Part shown: in pieces, positions 9,194 through 18,778 of the stretch | Position numbering within the stretch: the first letter of the stretch is position 1 | How the letters are laid out: each line of letters starts with the position of its first letter | Source: Armatimonadetes bacterium CG2_30_59_28 | GTDB lineage: Bacteria; Armatimonadota; Abditibacteriia; CG2-30-59-28 | Direction: 5' to 3' | Assembly (NCBI GenBank): GCA_001872605.1 | Contig: MNXM01000306.1 | Span: 6,291-70,290 of the forward strand | DNA: 64,000 nucleotides | Program-made: the position numbers and the translations under genes | The notes under the pieces: generated by a model | Database searches by the model: none | The model's input: the letters and a program-made list of their open reading frames with translations, nothing else | Told to the model about the DNA's origin: nothing

Positions 9194-9223
9194 TTGACCG
9201 ACGCCCCATTCATTGCATATACT
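9194..9223 (+). promoter_or_regulatory. Possible sigma70-type promoter for the sigma factor gene
   Basis: TTGACC (9194-9199), 18-bp spacer, TATACT (9218-9223). An additional TTGACA lies at 9178-9183. Confidence 0.45.
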
Positions 9224-9312
9224 CCTGAAAGAAACGTCGAGCGCAGAAAGCTCCGGAAGCCGAAGACACCGGCGCTCGACAACATTGGTTCAGGTCGATG
9301 AGGAGTAGCGCC

Positions 9313-10626
9313 TTGGCCCGTCGCTCGATGATCCAAGCCACGACGGCAACAAACGTCAGCGCCGTCAACCGATTCGGGGAGTATGTTGAGACGCGCGACC
9401 CGGCGTTGCGCGACGAACTTGTCCTTGAGCATCTGACGCTGGTCGAGAAGCTGTCACGACGATACGCCAATCTGGGAGAGCCTCTGGAGGATCTCGTCCA
9501 GGAAGGCTACATTGGTCTGATCAAAGCCGTCGATCAGTTCAACCCGAAGATGAGCGTGAAGTTTACGACGTATGCGACCCACGTGGTCTCCGGCGAGATT
9601 CGGCACTACCTTCGCGACCTTGGCAGATTGATCAAGGAACCCGCGTGGCTGGTTGAGTTGCGGTTCCGGGTCAACCGTTCCGCGGATGAATTGTCCCAGC
9701 GACTGGGACGTTCCCCCACCGCCGAGGAGATTGCTGAGGAGCTGGGCATCCCGGAAGAGGACGTTGCCGAGGTGGCAACAACCCGAACGATTTTTCAGGT
9801 GGCGTCGCTGGACGCAGGTAGTCCCTCGGACGATGGCGACGATTCCATCTCTGCCATCGCCGAACGCATCGCGGACGTCCGTGAGGGGTTCGCTACCCCG
9901 CTGGAGGAGAGAATGGTTCTGCGCCAGGCAGTCCGCAGGCTGCGGAAGCTGGAGCGCTCCGTTATCTATCATTTCTTCTATCAGGAGCATACCAAAACAG
10001 AGATCGCGCGCAAGCTGGACATCTCCGTCAATTACGTGTCCTACCTGATCGGACGGGGATTGAATAACATGAAACAGATGCTGATTCGGGAAGAACGAAA
10101 CGAAGCCGTGCTGAGGCTTGAATTCATGGAGGCCCGCCTGACAGCCGAAGAGGGGCAGCTCGACGATTCGGCGATGGTTGATGAAACCACTGGACTTTAC
10201 TGCCGTGCCTTCTTCGAGCGGCTGCTACAGGACGAGGTGGCGCGGGCGAGGCGGTACGAGATTGAGTTCTCCTTCATCGTTCTTGTCGTCAGGGAATGGG
10301 CGCCGCTTGTGGAAAAGGTCACGGAAAGGGAGAAGGAAAAGCTTCTGCAACGTCTCGCGGATCTGCTGAAGAGGTCGCTTCGGGACGTCGACCGCATATC
10401 CTACTACGGTCAGGGCCGATTTGGCGCTATTCTTCCACACACTGGAGCGAACGCGGACGTCGTCTCAAAGCGAATATTGAGCCAGTTGCAGGGACATGAC
10501 ATCCGACCCCCGCGGCTGAAGTCAATCCCGCCGCCACACCTCGTGTGCAACGTCTACGCTTATCCCAAAGATGCCGCGACGGCAGAAGAGTTGATCGCCC
10601 TCCTGGAAGAGACTGACCGATCGTAG
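9313..10626 (+). CDS. SigB/SigF/SigG-family RNA polymerase sigma factor with a C-terminal degenerate GGDEF domain
   Basis: Region 2 DLVQEGYIGLIKAVDQF..FTTYAT..GEIRHYLRD, region 3 GRSPTAEEIAEELG, region 4 TKTEIARKLDISVNYVS. The C-terminus has DETTGLY.R..F and RDVD-x5-GQGRF. TTG at 9313 follows AGGAG (9301-9305); the ORF track start is 9298. Confidence 0.9.
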   Translation: MARRSMIQATTATNVSAVNRFGEYVETRDPALRDELVLEHLTLVEKLSRRYANLGEPLEDLVQEGYIGLIKAVDQFNPKMSVKFTTYATHVVSGEIRHYLRDLGRLIKEPAWLVELRFRVNRSADELSQRLGRSPTAEEIAEELGIPEEDVAEVATTRTIFQVASLDAGSPSDDGDDSISAIAERIADVREGFATPLEERMVLRQAVRRLRKLERSVIYHFFYQEHTKTEIARKLDISVNYVSYLIGRGLNNMKQMLIREERNEAVLRLEFMEARLTAEEGQLDDSAMVDETTGLYCRAFFERLLQDEVARARRYEIEFSFIVLVVREWAPLVEKVTEREKEKLLQRLADLLKRSLRDVDRISYYGQGRFGAILPHTGANADVVSKRILSQLQGHDIRPPRLKSIPPPHLVCNVYAYPKDAATAEELIALLEETDRS

Positions 10627-10730
10627 AGGAAGCCAATGGCCACGGGGCCCGATTGTCGCCACCCGGTTTGCGTGACCGATTGCTCGGATATTCCCCGATC
10701 TGACGAGGGAGTCTGGAGGACTCATCAGCT

Positions 10731-12164
10731 ATGCTTGTATACAATACGCTCCACCGCACGAAGGAAGAGTTTGTCCCGCGAGAGATCGGGAAAGTCTCCA
10801 TGTACGTCTGCGGCGTGACGCCCTATGACGCGCTGCACCTGGGGCATGTGAGGACTTTCCTCTCCTACGACATGATCCGTCGCTATCTGGAGCGACTCGG
10901 TTACGAGGTGCGCCACGTCCAGAACGTGACCGATATCGATGACAAGATCATCAACCGCGCCAAGCAGTTGGGGGTGGATCCTCTGGATCTTGCGAGAAAA
11001 TACTCCGACGAGGCCCTTCAGGACTGCGACGCTCTCGGCATGCGGCGCGCACACGAGTACCCGCGTGTCTCCGTTCACATGCCGGAGATTCTGGAGATGA
11101 TCCAGTCACTGGTGCAGAAGCGAGCAGCCTATGTGCGGGATGGCAGCGTGTACTTCGATGTCAGTCGGTTCCCCGACTACGGTCAACTCTCCCATCAAAA
11201 CACCGCGGAGATGCAATCGAGCGGGAGGATTGAGGTCGACGGAAGTAAGGATGACCCCCTCGATTTTGCTCTCTGGAAATCCTCCAAGCCGGACGAACCT
11301 CGTTGGGACAGTCCGTGGGGTCCGGGCCGCCCGGGGTGGCATGTCGAGTGCTCCGCTATGTCCCTCAAATACCTTCAGAATGGGTTCGACATCCATGGAG
11401 GCGCCGTTGAGCTGCAGTTCCCGCATCATGAAAACGAGGTGGCCCAGTCGGAAGCCTACACAGGTTCTCCCCCCTTTGTGCGTTACTGGTTGCATGGAGG
11501 CGTGGTGTTTGTCGATGGCAAGAAGATGGCCAAATCCCTCGGAAACTTCATCACCGTTCAGGAAATCCTGAAGCAGGCCACTCCTGATGCGTTGAGAATG
11601 ATGTTCTACTCCACGCACTACCGTAGTCCTTTTGACTACTCGGCGTCCAGACTCGAAGAAGCGAAGGCGGCCTGGGAACGGATGCAACTGGGAATGTTGA
11701 ACCTACGCCGGGATCTCGGCAGGGAGACGAGAAGCGACGGCAGCCCCGCTGCCTCCGGCTATTTGGCGGACCGAGCGGAAGATGCGGAGCGGAAATTCGG
11801 GCGCGCGATGGGTGACGACTTCAATACCCCCATTGCTCTGGCGGCGCTCTTTGACCTTGTGTCTGAGGCGAACAAGTACCTCGCCGAAACCGCTCCATCT
11901 CCGTCCCGCTCTGCAGAAGCGGCAGCAGCTTTCATCGCCCTGGAGCGTTCTCTGTTGGTATTGGGGTTTGCCGTGGTCGAGGGCGAAGGCAAACATGGGG
12001 AAGATCAGACGGCCCTGCTGCTCGATCTGTTGGTGGAAATTCGTGAGAAGGCGAGAGAAGACAAGCAATTCCAGCTTGCTGACGCTATTCGGGCGCGCCT
12101 CCACGAGATGGAAATTGTTCTGGAGGACCATCCGGATGGAACGACTTGGCGCCGAAAGAACTAA
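10731..12164 (+). CDS. cysS: Cysteine--tRNA ligase
   Basis: Motifs [13 protein letters not shown] (HIGH), [33 protein letters not shown] (KMSKS) and DDFNTP. Confidence 0.97.
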   Translation: MLVYNTLHRTKEEFVPREIGKVSMYVCGVTPYDALHLGHVRTFLSYDMIRRYLERLGYEVRHVQNVTDIDDKIINRAKQLGVDPLDLARKYSDEALQDCDALGMRRAHEYPRVSVHMPEILEMIQSLVQKRAAYVRDGSVYFDVSRFPDYGQLSHQNTAEMQSSGRIEVDGSKDDPLDFALWKSSKPDEPRWDSPWGPGRPGWHVECSAMSLKYLQNGFDIHGGAVELQFPHHENEVAQSEAYTGSPPFVRYWLHGGVVFVDGKKMAKSLGNFITVQEILKQATPDALRMMFYSTHYRSPFDYSASRLEEAKAAWERMQLGMLNLRRDLGRETRSDGSPAASGYLADRAEDAERKFGRAMGDDFNTPIALAALFDLVSEANKYLAETAPSPSRSAEAAAAFIALERSLLVLGFAVVEGEGKHGEDQTALLLDLLVEIREKAREDKQFQLADAIRARLHEMEIVLEDHPDGTTWRRKN

Positions 12165-13770
12165 AACAGACGCTCCGCGCCCGACGGCTGCACTGCCCCG
12201 TCGCGTCGCTATTGCTTGCGGACTATCAAGACGCCGACGTCCCTTACTGACTTTCGGTTGCTTCGTTGTGGCGCTGGCGGCCGTTCTGGGAGGATATGTA
12301 TCCAGGAGCGGTCCGAGTCGGGCAAAGTACATTCTCGGTGGGGTGCGGGTGCGGTCCATCGAGGTGGGGGGGCTGAACCCAACCGAGGCAAAGAGTCGAC
12401 TCGAGTCGTCGCTGCCGACCCCGTCCAAGGCGGAGGTCGAATTCGTCGAGGACGCGCGCCGTTTCGCTGCAGCTTGGCCAGACCTCGGCATCGGGTACGA
12501 CTATGAGGCGACCATTGCGAACGCGGTGGCTGTCGGTCGGCGAGAACCGCTGACCTCACGGCTGCGGGATCGCTTCGCCCTGATGACCCGGGGTATCACC
12601 GTCCCCGTTCAATACTCGTGCAATACGGACGCGACCGAAGCCTGGTTCACCGCTCTTGCCGCCGAGATTGACGAAGAACCCATTGATGCAGGGGCCACAT
12701 GGCGCAACGGTGGCATTGAACTCACCCCCGGGAAGGAAGGCCGCAAGCTGGATGTCAAAGGGATGACGACGGCATTGATCAACCACAGCAAGCGGGGGCG
12801 TGTGCCCAAGCAGATGGCCATTGCCATGCGCCCATCCCCACCGCGCGTGCGCCGAGCTGATCTTGCCACTCTTGAGACGGTGATCAGTCGGTACTCGACT
12901 CCTTTCAACCCCGCGAGAAAGAGCCGGACCCAGAATATGAAACTGGCCGTTCAGTCTATCGATGGGGAACTGATTCGCCCGGGGGAGACCTTCTCCTATA
13001 ACCGGTGTGTGGGCCCCCGGCTGGAGAGGTATGGCTATCTGCCGGCTCCCATATTTTCCGATGACGAGGTCGTCCAGGGAGTTGGCGGTGGAATCTGTCA
13101 GGTCGCCACGACTATCTACAATACCGCCCTGTTTTCGGGGATCGAAATAGTGACTCGATCACACCACAGCCGTCCCATCGACTACGCCCCGAGAGGCCGG
13201 GACGCCACCGTGTATTTCGGGAATACCGACCTGAGATTTCGGAACAACACCTCTCTGCCGATCTATATCCGCGTCTACATTGGCGGGAGTCGTGTCTACT
13301 GCGATTTTTACGGCAGTAAATCGCAGGAGAAGAAGGTCTCCTTGCAGTGTACCGAGGACGTTCGTGTGGAACCGATCGAGGAACGGACGGACGACCCGGG
13401 AATCCCTGAAGGGGAAGAAGTTGTGGATGACGAAGGTCGTCCTGGATTCCGGACGACGATAGTGCGGACTATAGGACCCTCGGGACCTGCGGGAAGGGAA
13501 CGGCGGGAAGTCGTTTCCAGGGACTTCTACCGTCCACGAACGCGCAAAATCCGGGTGGGAACTTCCCCGGCAACGACGGCCATGCCTTCTGATGGCTCGG
13601 TGAAGCTGCCACCATCTTCCCATTATGGAACGGCCCAATCGGGGTCGACAGGCTCTCCAACGGCGCCGAAGCTGCCGGGAGCAGGAGGCAAACCAGTTCC
13701 ACGGAAGGCGCCCAAATCCCCGGGATTGCGTGTTGAGGACCTTGGCAGTCCCTCGCCCCCACATCGTTGA
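12136..13770 (+). CDS. Membrane-anchored VanW-family protein (PG-binding-like region, VanW, G5, Pro-rich tail)
   Basis: ATG at 12136 after GGAGG. TM segment FGCFVVALAAVLGG. VanW motifs PGETFSYN..VGPR, GGGICQVATT.YN and GRDATV. G5-like region EEVVDDEGRPG...YRP...IRVG. Confidence 0.85.
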   Translation: MERLGAERTKTDAPRPTAALPRRVAIACGLSRRRRPLLTFGCFVVALAAVLGGYVSRSGPSRAKYILGGVRVRSIEVGGLNPTEAKSRLESSLPTPSKAEVEFVEDARRFAAAWPDLGIGYDYEATIANAVAVGRREPLTSRLRDRFALMTRGITVPVQYSCNTDATEAWFTALAAEIDEEPIDAGATWRNGGIELTPGKEGRKLDVKGMTTALINHSKRGRVPKQMAIAMRPSPPRVRRADLATLETVISRYSTPFNPARKSRTQNMKLAVQSIDGELIRPGETFSYNRCVGPRLERYGYLPAPIFSDDEVVQGVGGGICQVATTIYNTALFSGIEIVTRSHHSRPIDYAPRGRDATVYFGNTDLRFRNNTSLPIYIRVYIGGSRVYCDFYGSKSQEKKVSLQCTEDVRVEPIEERTDDPGIPEGEEVVDDEGRPGFRTTIVRTIGPSGPAGRERREVVSRDFYRPRTRKIRVGTSPATTAMPSDGSVKLPPSSHYGTAQSGSTGSPTAPKLPGAGGKPVPRKAPKSPGLRVEDLGSPSPPHR

Positions 13771-13819
13771 CCGGCACCAAATGCGTTCCCAATATCGGGG
13801 GATTCCCCCCGACGGCGGT

Positions 13820-13848
13820 TTGACTTTCTACTACGCGCTCATTATAAT
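13820..13848 (+). promoter_or_regulatory. sigma70-type promoter
   Basis: TTGACT (13820-13825), 17-bp spacer, TATAAT (13843-13848). Confidence 0.8.
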
Positions 13849-14046
13849 CACCGATGTCAACTGGAATTCGTGCCAAAGGGCCGGGGGGCCCGAGGGGAGG
13901 TGCTGCCAGCTAAACAGCGTCAATGGTTTCGGCCCGGAATGACGTACTGAGGTCAAAGCCGATCAACAGAGCAACGTCACAATAGAACATTATACCCGGC
14001 GCGCCCTGCGAAGGCGTGCAGAACTCAGCAAAGGAGAAATAGAAAT

Positions 14047-14784
14047 ATGGCGCCAAAAATGCTCTTGATAGCGCTGGCCATTTCCCTGACAGCCGGCGCG
14101 GTCCTCGCTGACCCGAACTTCTACGGGCAGACAGGACTCACCCTCAACCCCACCGCTGACATTGCAGAACCTGATGAAATTCAGGCCCGGCTGTCGACGA
14201 TGAATCAGGACACAGCGCTCCTGGACGGCAAGTGGTGGGCGGTTTCAGGCAATGGGATCGTGTCGGAGAAGCTGGAGTTGTCCCTCGGATACGTGAACCA
14301 GTCCGACGTTCTCGTAGATGACTCTGGCATCACGGCAGGACTCAAGTACTCGCTGCAGCCGGAAAACGAGAAATCACCCGCGATTGCTCTTGGGGGGATA
14401 TGGGTCAGTTCCATGGACCAGACCGGCGCTTACCTTGTTCTCAGCAAGACGTTAAGCATTGGTGAGGAGAAGATGGGGAAACAGCCCAAGAAAGTGCGTG
14501 GACATTTGGGAATTCGATGGGACGAGTTTTCAGGCGCGGCGGACGAGTCGGACGTGACCGTCTTCGGAGGCCTGAATGCCGGTCTGGGCACCAGCTTGTC
14601 CTTCGAGGGAGAAGTGGGAACCCGGCATAACGTTCAGGCAGAGACCCCCTGGGCTGCGCTGCTCAAGTACCAGATTACCCGTAAGACCTGCGTGAGCGCT
14701 GGGATGGTTCAGACGGGATTTAGTGACGACCCGGAATTCATCATCAGCTTGGGGCAGGTATGGCCCAATCTGGAGATGAAGTAG
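14047..14784 (+). CDS. Secreted YjbH-like / outer-membrane beta-barrel-type protein
   Basis: Strong AAGGAG RBS and a signal peptide ending AVLA. Contains 'GQTGL..PTAD' and 'GLKYSL.PE...PAIALG' with alternating amphipathic strands. Confidence 0.6.
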   Translation: MAPKMLLIALAISLTAGAVLADPNFYGQTGLTLNPTADIAEPDEIQARLSTMNQDTALLDGKWWAVSGNGIVSEKLELSLGYVNQSDVLVDDSGITAGLKYSLQPENEKSPAIALGGIWVSSMDQTGAYLVLSKTLSIGEEKMGKQPKKVRGHLGIRWDEFSGAADESDVTVFGGLNAGLGTSLSFEGEVGTRHNVQAETPWAALLKYQITRKTCVSAGMVQTGFSDDPEFIISLGQVWPNLEMK

Positions 14785-14944
14785 TCTCCCCGCAACAGCA
14801 ACCCCCGCGGAGGGCGTGGATTCCCGGAAGTCAGCGATGCTGAATCTCTGGCCGATCCGAGTCCCACGCCCTTCTGTTTTCTCGCTCAACCTGCCACGAG
14901 AGATGGTCAGCAGTATGCGATATGGTGGAATGCGTCGAGGTCCC

Positions 14945-15934
14945 ATGGCGCCGACCCTCGTCTGGACGGCAACGTTTGCTTGCTTTGTTGCCAGTGCTGG
15001 ATACGTCCAACCACAGGAGACCTCCGTTGACGAATGGAACCGTAACTGGCGTTACTATGCCTCCGTGCGAATTCGGTGCCAATCCTACGATTTTGACGCT
15101 GAAATCGACGCCGATTTCACACGCATTCTCAAGGAGTATCGGGTCCCCGGCACCTTCGATCGACGCTCAATCCGCATCTGCGAAGCAGGTCTGAGTGATG
15201 GCTCCGCACCTGAAGTGCCGTTCGCATTTTCGCCAAATCCCGATTTTGATCCCACCTTCAACGCTCGCGGCAAATTGCAATTCCGCGTGACGCGTGGGGT
15301 TTCAGACCGCACGTTCCATGTCTACTTTGACCTCCTCGAGAACGGCGAGAAACCGCTCGTATCTTACGGCGCTCCGCAGGCGAGCGGGAACTGGCTGAGC
15401 AACGGGAGTTTTGAGGATCTGGATGCCAAGACTTCGTCGCTTGTCGACTGGCCATTCGAGCGCAGGAATGCAGTCAAGGCTGTCACGGGGGCAGCCCGCA
15501 CCGGAACCGTATCTGTGCAGCTCCTTTCCCCCAAGTCAGGACAGGCCGCCAGTCTGGGCATTCCCGGCAATGGCGCGTTTCGGGTGGTTTCGGGGGAGAA
15601 GTATCGGTTGTCGTTCTGGTCGCGAGGGGAAGACACGAACGACCGGCCGCTGCTGGTTACCGCCTACTGGTATGATCTGTCAAGAAAGTATTCCGGGCAT
15701 GAGTTGATGGCCGAGGAGGGGCGGAGCCATTGGGATTGGAGCGTGTTCTCTGGGAACCTTGTCGCTCCCCCGGAAGCTGAATGGCTGAGGTTCTACATCG
15801 CGACTTACACGACCAGCGGGGGGGTCTGGATCGACGACGTTTGCCTGACCCCCGAGAAGCTTCCCCGGCTTTCAGACTTGACGATTATTGAGCACAATCT
15901 GGCACCGGTAATTGTTGTGGAACCCAACGAGTAG
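14945..15934 (+). CDS. Secreted protein with a C-terminal CBM4/9-like galactose-binding-fold domain
   Basis: Hydrophobic N-terminus. Motifs NWLSNGSFE, GEKYRLSFWSR and GVWIDDVCL. Start uncertain; the ORF is open from 14816. Confidence 0.65.
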   Translation: MAPTLVWTATFACFVASAGYVQPQETSVDEWNRNWRYYASVRIRCQSYDFDAEIDADFTRILKEYRVPGTFDRRSIRICEAGLSDGSAPEVPFAFSPNPDFDPTFNARGKLQFRVTRGVSDRTFHVYFDLLENGEKPLVSYGAPQASGNWLSNGSFEDLDAKTSSLVDWPFERRNAVKAVTGAARTGTVSVQLLSPKSGQAASLGIPGNGAFRVVSGEKYRLSFWSRGEDTNDRPLLVTAYWYDLSRKYSGHELMAEEGRSHWDWSVFSGNLVAPPEAEWLRFYIATYTTSGGVWIDDVCLTPEKLPRLSDLTIIEHNLAPVIVVEPNE

Positions 15935-16734
15935 TGAGCGCCGTGAGAATCCTGTCACGTCTGTTGATCATCGGTGGAACCATCGGCGTCCTTCTCGCCG
16001 TCAGGAGCCTTCGCGCGCCCGATCTCAATGATTCGGGCAGAGCCCACAAACCCGAGCCGGCCGGTGACCTTTACGGAGCTGTCCCAATCGGCGGGACACT
16101 CATTGGCGGCAAGCTGCACTACGTCGAGCTTGACCTCGAACAATGGGATTTGAGGGTGCTTAGGGCCGAGAGCATCGGGGCGCAGGTCGCCGATGCAGAA
16201 ACCTACGCCAGGAAGACCGGTGCACGCATCGTCATCAACGGGGGATTCTTTGATGAACAACTGAAGCCCCTTGGGTTGGTGGTGACAGACAACAAAGTCA
16301 ACAACCCCATCCATCCCGCGAACTGGGGGGTCTTTCTTGTTTGCGACAGCGGCCCCCGCATCGTCCATCAGAGGGACTACCGAGCGGGTCCGGAACGCTA
16401 CGCGCTGCAGAGCGGGCCTCGCCTTGTTGTGAAGGGAGAGGTTACATCCCTGAAGCCCGGGAAGGCATTTCGGTCAGCCGTGGGTATTACCTCCCACGAT
16501 AGGGTCGTCCTTGCCGCAACGGAGAACACTGCTCTGAGCCTTGCGGAGTTTGCCGAGATTCTCGCCCGACCGCAATCTCAGGGAGGACTCGGATGCGTGG
16601 ACGCACTCAATCTCGACGGAGGCCCTTCCACGCAGTTCTTCATCAACCTCGACAACGTCCGTGTTAGTGTTCCCGGGGGATGGGGAATACCGACGGCATT
16701 GGCCGCTTTCCCCCGTGGAAACAAGGGTCGGTAG
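15934..16734 (+). CDS. Phosphodiester glycosidase family protein (NAGPA/DUF2233)
   Basis: Motifs INGGFF, QSGPRLV, RSAVG and ALNLDGGPST, plus an N-terminal TM helix. Confidence 0.85.
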   Translation: MSAVRILSRLLIIGGTIGVLLAVRSLRAPDLNDSGRAHKPEPAGDLYGAVPIGGTLIGGKLHYVELDLEQWDLRVLRAESIGAQVADAETYARKTGARIVINGGFFDEQLKPLGLVVTDNKVNNPIHPANWGVFLVCDSGPRIVHQRDYRAGPERYALQSGPRLVVKGEVTSLKPGKAFRSAVGITSHDRVVLAATENTALSLAEFAEILARPQSQGGLGCVDALNLDGGPSTQFFINLDNVRVSVPGGWGIPTALAAFPRGNKGR

Positions 16735-16770
16735 GGTAGGATGAACCAATCTCGACACAACGGCTGATTC

Positions 16771-17865
16771 ATGGAACACGTCCGGCAACAAGGTGAACGA
16801 TCGAGCATGAACGAGCACATACCCAACAAGGATGTTCCGCGGTTCCCGTGGGCGCTTTTGATCCGAGTCCTGGCAGCATGTGCGCTTGTGGGCTTCGTTG
16901 CCTACCGATCGGATCTCGGACGAGTCTGGAACGCGCTGGGGCAAATTGATCTGGCCGCGCTTGGCAAGGCCATGCTGCTCTACGGTGCGTTACAGGTTCT
17001 CAGCGCCACCAAGTGGGGATTGATTCTCAAGTCACAGTCAGGTCCTGGAAGCAATCATGTCCCCTATCCTCGCCTGATCCTCTTCTATTTCATGGGCATG
17101 TTCGCCAATCTCTTCTTCCCCAGCAGTGTCGGTGGTGACGCGCTCAGAACGGTCATGGTATCGCCTTTTGCCGGAGGCATGGGCAAAGGATCCCTCTCGA
17201 TTTTGATGGAGCGCGCGACGGGGTTCTTCGCCATGATCACGATCGGGTTAATGGCGTCCGTATTGATCGCCAACTCCGTCGGTTCCCAGCCCGGGACGCG
17301 CATGGACGCCATCACCACCACGGGAGCTCTCATCCTGCTTGGGGGAGCCGTAGCTTGTCTGGTCTTCTTCACCGCCACGATCCTCTTCAGGAAGATGGTC
17401 CTTATCGGTCGCGTACCACGATGGACCACCGACCGGCTCAGGAGGCTTCTCAGGGACTTCGCGGAATGCCTGGAAAACTTCGGTAGGAATTCAGGACTCC
17501 TGCTTGCTGTCTTCGGCGTTTCCTTTGTCTTTCAGTTGGGTTTTGTTTGCCTGACCTGGCTCATAATGAAGGCCAGCGGAGTGGAGCTCTCCTTTGTCTA
17601 TCTGTGCTACTTCCATCCCGTGCTGTCGACTATCAGCTTCATTCCCCTTACTCCGAATGCTTTGGGCGTGAGAGAGGTAACGGTCACCGCGCTCCTGGCG
17701 GCCCAGGGGTTGCCCAACCATCTCGCGCTGCTCTTCTGTCTGTGTACCTACATCGTCATGACAACCCTCAGCCTCCCCGGCGCTTTGGCCATTGTCTTTA
17801 TGAAGACAGACCTTGCCTCTATTGCCAGAAGTAGAAGGCGTCCTCCGGACGCGCCATCACCGTGA
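16771..17865 (+). CDS. Lysylphosphatidylglycerol synthase TM-domain protein (UPF0104, flippase-like)
   Basis: Multi-TM protein with FANLFFPSSVGGDALR, SILMER and PLTPNALGVRE. The start may be 16807. Confidence 0.85.
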   Translation: MEHVRQQGERSSMNEHIPNKDVPRFPWALLIRVLAACALVGFVAYRSDLGRVWNALGQIDLAALGKAMLLYGALQVLSATKWGLILKSQSGPGSNHVPYPRLILFYFMGMFANLFFPSSVGGDALRTVMVSPFAGGMGKGSLSILMERATGFFAMITIGLMASVLIANSVGSQPGTRMDAITTTGALILLGGAVACLVFFTATILFRKMVLIGRVPRWTTDRLRRLLRDFAECLENFGRNSGLLLAVFGVSFVFQLGFVCLTWLIMKASGVELSFVYLCYFHPVLSTISFIPLTPNALGVREVTVTALLAAQGLPNHLALLFCLCTYIVMTTLSLPGALAIVFMKTDLASIARSRRRPPDAPSP

Positions 17866-17866
17866 C

Positions 17867-17897
17867 GCAGGGCTCGTCGCGGACGACAGAGGCCTGC
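17867..17897. terminator. GC-rich hairpin between convergent genes
   Basis: GCAGG..CTC-GTCG-cgga-CGAC..GAG..CCTGC forms an imperfect stem. There is no U-tract. Confidence 0.35.
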
Positions 17898-17925
17898 TCG
17901 CGCCGCGTGCGCAACAGCCGGAGGT

Positions 17926-18762
17926 TCACGGTCTGCGGAAGGCATACGCCTCGATAATGGTGGCGATTTCCAGGTGAAGAAGGGAGTGGGCCATTTGCGC
18001 GAGGGAATTGTAGAGCTTTTTGGCGGAGTCGATGAGTGGTCTGCCGTAGATGTTGGGGGTGCCGGGCAGCAGAACGGGCCTCTCAAAGCCTTGCCGCCGC
18101 ATGAGGGCCAACAGAGAATGGGCTGAGAAGTGATTGAGGTGGTTGAGCGTGTCGAGACCGGGATCTCGCTGAGGGCATATTGCGGAGAGGATGCGCGATC
18201 TGGACAGGTGGAAGTTCACGTTGGGTACCCGGACGACCGCGAGACCGCGTGGTTTCAGAATACGGCGAATCTCTCGAAGGATGCTTCGCGGGTCAGGCAC
18301 GTGCTCCAATACGTCCCACAGGGTGACAACGTCGAAAAACTCACAGGGATATCGGGCTTCGTGAAGCGTGCCCTGGAAGACATTGAGGCGCAGTCGGTCT
18401 CCTGCAAAGCGCGCTGCTGGCTCTGAGACCTCCACCCCATGGCACTCAAACCCCTCGGCTCTGGCGCCTTCGAGGAAGATGCCCAGCGAACAACCCACGT
18501 CGAGCAGTTTGCCCTCGGATTGATACCGACAGATGCGACGCAGTCCTTCAGTGAATACATACTGCCGGTCGTGACGAAAGGTCTGTTCCCAGTGGTCCCA
18601 GTCGGTATAACTCCCATCGTAATAGGCGAGAAGATCGACTTCTGACGGCACTGGATTACAGTAGATGTAACCGCAACGCAGACAGCGGACAACCGGCTGG
18701 ATTTCCTCCATGCGGATGATCCTGGCGTCCCGTGACGAGCACACGGCGCAGGGGCGATCCAC
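17926..18762 (-). CDS. Class I SAM-dependent methyltransferase with an N-terminal Zn-ribbon
   Basis: Motifs CAVC...CLRC, LLDVGCSLG, FDVVTLWDVLEH and LKPRG. The GTG start at 18762 is inferred; the ORF track start is 18861. Confidence 0.85.
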   Translation of the reverse strand: MDRPCAVCSSRDARIIRMEEIQPVVRCLRCGYIYCNPVPSEVDLLAYYDGSYTDWDHWEQTFRHDRQYVFTEGLRRICRYQSEGKLLDVGCSLGIFLEGARAEGFECHGVEVSEPAARFAGDRLRLNVFQGTLHEARYPCEFFDVVTLWDVLEHVPDPRSILREIRRILKPRGLAVVRVPNVNFHLSRSRILSAICPQRDPGLDTLNHLNHFSAHSLLALMRRQGFERPVLLPGTPNIYGRPLIDSAKKLYNSLAQMAHSLLHLEIATIIEAYAFRRP

Positions 18763-18778
18763 CTTGGGGATGGGACGA

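Noticed and set aside
10627..10730. T-box leader upstream of cysS
   Set aside because: The gap is only about 100 nt, with no T-box consensus (GGTGGNACCGCG) or terminator.
12136..13770. VanW as evidence of vancomycin resistance
   Set aside because: VanW domains are widespread in cell-wall proteins, and no vanA/B, vanH, vanX or vanRS genes are nearby.
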